Assembly: GCF_018977255.1 (NCBI RefSeq)
Contig: NW_024704742.1
Span: 88,662,001-88,726,000 of the forward strand
Source of the DNA: Callorhinchus milii
Lineage: Eukaryota
DNA length: 64,000 nucleotides
Direction of reading: 5' to 3'
How positions within the stretch are numbered: the stretch's first letter is position 1; each line of letters starts with the position of its first letter. The notes below the pieces were generated by a model. It ran no database searches, was not told the origin of the DNA, and saw only the letters and a list, made by a program, of their open reading frames with translations. Positions 60,015 through 64,000 of this stretch are shown here, piece after piece. Position numbers and translations under genes: made by a program.

Positions 60015-60720
60015 TATTTTTCTTAGTTTGCTTGAACTTCCTAAAATAGCTACTTTCTGGAGGATATTTTGGACACCAGATATATTGTCAAGCCATTTCT
60101 GAATTGTCTTAAAAGTTGCACCGATGGTTGTAGGAACTTTGCTTGTTTTCTCCTACTACATGCAGATCAATATATTTCATGATCTTCTCTAGTTCCTTGT
60201 TTCGTAAGTTGTATGATAGCCACGTCAATCATAGTGCATGTACAATCATGTTGTTTTTTTTGTTGCAGATTACTGTTCTATCTTTATGTACTTATGAATA
60301 TCAGATTATTGTCATGTTCTTTTTTGGTGTCATTTTTGCTGTTTGATGTTCCTGCCAGTTGGGCTTCACATCAATATCAAAGTGTTTACAAATTATCCAG
60401 TGAATATATTTAACTACATTATTATGTCAAACCAGATCCGCAGATTGTGCTAGGGCTGGACATGATGACAATATGTGGTCTACTGTTTCTGGTATTTGGT
60501 GGCATATTTAGCATTTGAGATCAATGTTTCTCTTTAAGATCTTATTTTCATAATAATAGGTAGTAATAGCATGGTGTTGTGCTGATATTATGAAAGCTTC
60601 TGTTTAGGCTCTTAGATTTTTGTTAATCAACCAGTTGTAGCTTTGTTCCTACCTAGGCCTTGTTTTTTTCATTTCTCTTGGAAATTGACCATGCATGATT
60701 TTCTTCTCCTATTTGACTTT
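60015..60720 (-). mobile_element. Fossil restriction-like-endonuclease non-LTR retrotransposon (R4/Dong/Rex6-like), C-terminal part
   Basis: Manual minus-strand translation across stops and frameshifts: KIMHGQFPRE; SYNWL..TEAFIISAQ; LKC*ICHQIPETVDHILSSCPALAQ (CCHC knuckle); *HNNVVKYIHWIICK; KDRTVICN; MIDVAI; NKELEKIMKYIDL; VPTTIGA; LQKVAILGSSSKLRK. Confidence 0.8.
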
Positions 60721-61861
60721 TCCACAAGACATAATTTTCTTTTTAAGGAAAATTTTCATCCATTGTACCAATTTTGCTGGTTCAGATTAGCTACTTTCTC
60801 TATTATTATTAAATACAATCTATATTATTATCTTATTATTAATTATGTTAAGAAATATTGCATGCTAGATAGTACTTTCATTATAACTTTTCAACCAAGT
60901 ACGAGGTAATGTGCACAAAACAAATTGCAGTGCATGTCTGCCAAGGGAAGGCATACATTCAGGAAATATATGACTGTTTGCAAAAACAACACATTTATGA
61001 TCTAGGTGTGAGGATGCTTAATGGATTATTCATCACTGAAATTCATCACATTAGTCTCGATAAACATTTATCTTGAGATATTATTCTCCAAGGACATGCT
61101 TTGCAGCTCTTAACAACTTCTGCCGCATTACTACATCACATATGACACCCCAGAGAAATGATATCTTCATCACATACTTTGGAGAGGATTCGTGCCCAAG
61201 GCTTGATTCATGCTTAAGGCAGTAGAACAATATTCCAGTGCAGAATCCCAGTCATTCTGTAAGAACTTTGATACAAAAACCTAGTGGAGTCAAAAATATA
61301 GCTATTCTGCAATGCAAAAGAGTAAAACAAGACAGTCTGCGTTTCAATAGTGAACAAGTATTTCACACGGAATTGACAAGCAAACGAATGAGCGAATTGA
61401 AATGGTAAAGAGATTGCTACAACTGCCTGCAATGCATCAGAATATACTGAATCAAGTCATCCTGTGACTTCCCAACTTCTGTTATTTCTTAATTAGAAAT
61501 CAGTTAAGAAATATTGCAGATTAGACATGATTGATTATATTTTCCACAGGAAGAATTGGCAGAGTTTTCTAATTGTTTTCCTGCTTTTCCAAGACTTCAA
61601 GTCTTGGATGTCAGGTAAACTATATGCCATGAATATTTTGCCTGATTTACTTCAATTGCAAGTGAGCGCAGTCCTTTCTGGCTCTAAATATAGAACAGCA
61701 GATGGCCAGGAGTGAGTTATAAATGGGGAATGCAGACGGAAATTGAAATTGAATTTTGACCAAGTGAATTAAAACCACCAATACATTTCCATAATTCTTG
61801 GTCTGACCATCTGAAATGTACACAATTTTATCCCCCTGCATCTATCCAGGAGCAGTGACTT

Positions 61862-62228
61862 TAATAATAATAAACCTTGCATTTGCTATTGTGCCTTTTC
61901 ACATTGGGATAAGTACTTTACAGGATTTACTGTGTGTATTGTGAGTGAATGCAGCAGTCAATTTGCATACATCAACGCCCCACAAACAGCCATGAAGTGA
62001 ATTACAAATTTTATCTCGGGGCTAGTTGGCCAGGACACCGGGAGAAACTTCCTTTTCTTTTTGAATCTTTAATGTCCACATGAACAGACAGACAGAACCT
62101 TGGTTTAACACCTCCAACAATGCAGCACACCTCGAGCAGTGCATGGAGTGTCAGCATTGATCTAGGCCTGAACCCACAACCTTCTGACTTAGAGGGAAGA
62201 GTGCTACCAATTGAGCTAGGCTGATACC
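61862..62228 (-). mobile_element. DeuSINE, near full length
   Basis: cccacaaacagccatgaagtg, ttggccaggacaccgggagaaact and aacccacaaccttctgacttagagggaagagtgctaccaattgagc. Confidence 0.8.
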
Positions 62229-64000
62229 CAAGCATGTATATAAGCACTTGACTTCAAAATGCATAAACATCATTCTTAATAAGATGTTAAGTCAAGGTCC
62301 CATCCGCCTGTTCAGATCGATGTTAAAGATCTCATTAGAAAAGGTGAGTTAGTCCCATTGTCCTGGACAACAATTCCCCCATAGTATTCATCACCAGGGA
62401 ATGGCATGTATTAACTCCCTGTATGTGATATATAATGGCTAGATTATTTCCTGGTAACTGACTGTCAATTATCAAACCTAACAATGATATCCAAAAATAA
62501 CTCTATTTTAGGGTCAAATGAACTATAATCAAAGAAGGAAAGAACTTGCATTTTTATAGGAGTTTTAACATCAGAATATCTCAAAGAAACATAGAAATGT
62601 ACATTGGGAAAAGAAGTAATTCAGGCCATCGAGTCTGCACCGGCTCACAGAGCAAGGAGATAAGTTTAATCCCTGTGCTCTGCCTTATCCCCTTCAAACC
62701 CCTCTCTTTCATATGTCTGTCTACATTCATCTTGAAAGTTACAATGGACTTTACTTATCAGGGTATTCTACATCCCAACAACTTCACATTATTAACTGTC
62801 AAATGTAGTGAGTGTTTTTGTAGGAAAATACTGAATGTAACCTATACACAGTGAGGCCCCATAAACAGCCATGAGTGTGAATGAAACAATTCAAGAGAAT
62901 TGTTTGTCAGAAGCAGTATTCGTGTCCTTTATATGCGTCCATTGGAACCCACTGATTCCAGCACTGTTCCTTAACCTCTGGGGTGGCTTCACAATTCTCA
63001 GTCCAGGGATAAAACAAAGGGCTGAAAGTTAAACAGGGGCCATATCCTTTTATGACCCCACATTACCCAGTCATAGATGTGCTGGTGAACTGTTGCCTCA
63101 TCATTGAAAGGATGAACAAATAAACTGCGGTACCATAAACAAACAAGGTCTTAAATGTCATTTTTATTAGGAGGAACAAGTGGACTATAGCAGAATCCAC
63201 AAAGTATGTTGTACTGTCAGGGTATATATCCTCCGCAGCAATAAACCATCAGCACAGGGAGAGTCAATCCCTTGATAAGTTTGAACCTTTTCAGACATAT
63301 GCAGCAGGAATGATAAAGCCTTGTGGAAGCAATAATACCTTCAGACTTAGCAGAACAATGTTACTGATCCTACCAACAGATTTGGAATAAAATGGATAAT
63401 TTATGAACCCATTACTGGTGTAGATGAGGTTACAGAACCATTAACACCTGGTCTGATTAATCTTTCAATTAAAATAATGTATGTGAAACGGTGTACTTTA
63501 TTTTAAAACCTTACTTTTGTCTGATTTTACTTTTAAACAATTTTTATTGGCTCTCATCCATGTAATGAGGATTACGGTGTCTGTCACCTATTTTATTTGA
63601 ACAATTTGTTATGCTGTTTTTGGGGGAATACGAAAGTTTTTAAGCATATTAAAGCCCTGTGCATGCTTATCCCAATGATGATACCTCTGCGACATTGTGA
63701 AGAGTCAGGCACAAAGCCAGCGGTGGGAGGCAGCCTATTTCATCTGCTGAGCCAGTATCATCTACTGTGAGAAAAATGGGGTCAGGCTGGAGGAGGCAAG
63801 GACATATTGCTTGAGGCTCCCTGCTGGAAAAACAACAGTGGCTCCTCCGGTTTAGTTGAACTTTCAAAGGAGCACTTTTTAGCACTGTATTAATATTAAA
63901 GTGAGACACTGCTTTGCGCAAATTGGCTGCCACTTTCACCTACAAAATACAAAGTCACTACACTTATATCCTGAGCAGTGCTTTGAGATTTGATATAGTG

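Noticed and set aside
62900..63440. Unique sequence checked for an exon or viral remnant
   Set aside because: The frames I read had frequent stops and no recognisable motif or clear splice pair.

Overview
This is vertebrate genomic DNA. The repeat content (DeuSINEs, L2 and CR1 LINEs, a shark-type Penelope terminal repeat) points to a cartilaginous fish, possibly a chimaera; that is inference. The only host gene I can support is the 3' end of CAAP1 on the + strand: an internal exon at 9059-9132 and the terminal coding exon at 12712-13106. The remaining ~51 kb has no recognisable host exon. It is a mosaic of decayed L2 and CR1 LINEs, old DeuSINEs, a younger tRNA-Ala-headed SINE and MITEs, separated by unique blocks that look like conserved non-coding elements. 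Almost all ORFs in the supplied track are LINE fragments or chance ORFs. The most interesting signals are: (1) four short Penelope-like insertions, three of them fold-backs with target-site duplications, that carry minimal hammerhead ribozyme motifs at or next to their inversion points; (2) a fossil R4/Dong-like LINE with a restriction-like endonuclease, not visible in the ORF track; (3) a chimeric SINE (tRNA head, CORE-like segment, Deu 3' body, L2 tail) whose subfamilies appear to have swapped tails with the local L2; (4) several local duplications of unique sequence next to L2 ends. Repeat boundaries were read by eye and are approximate. Family names come from recalled consensus motifs, not database searches.
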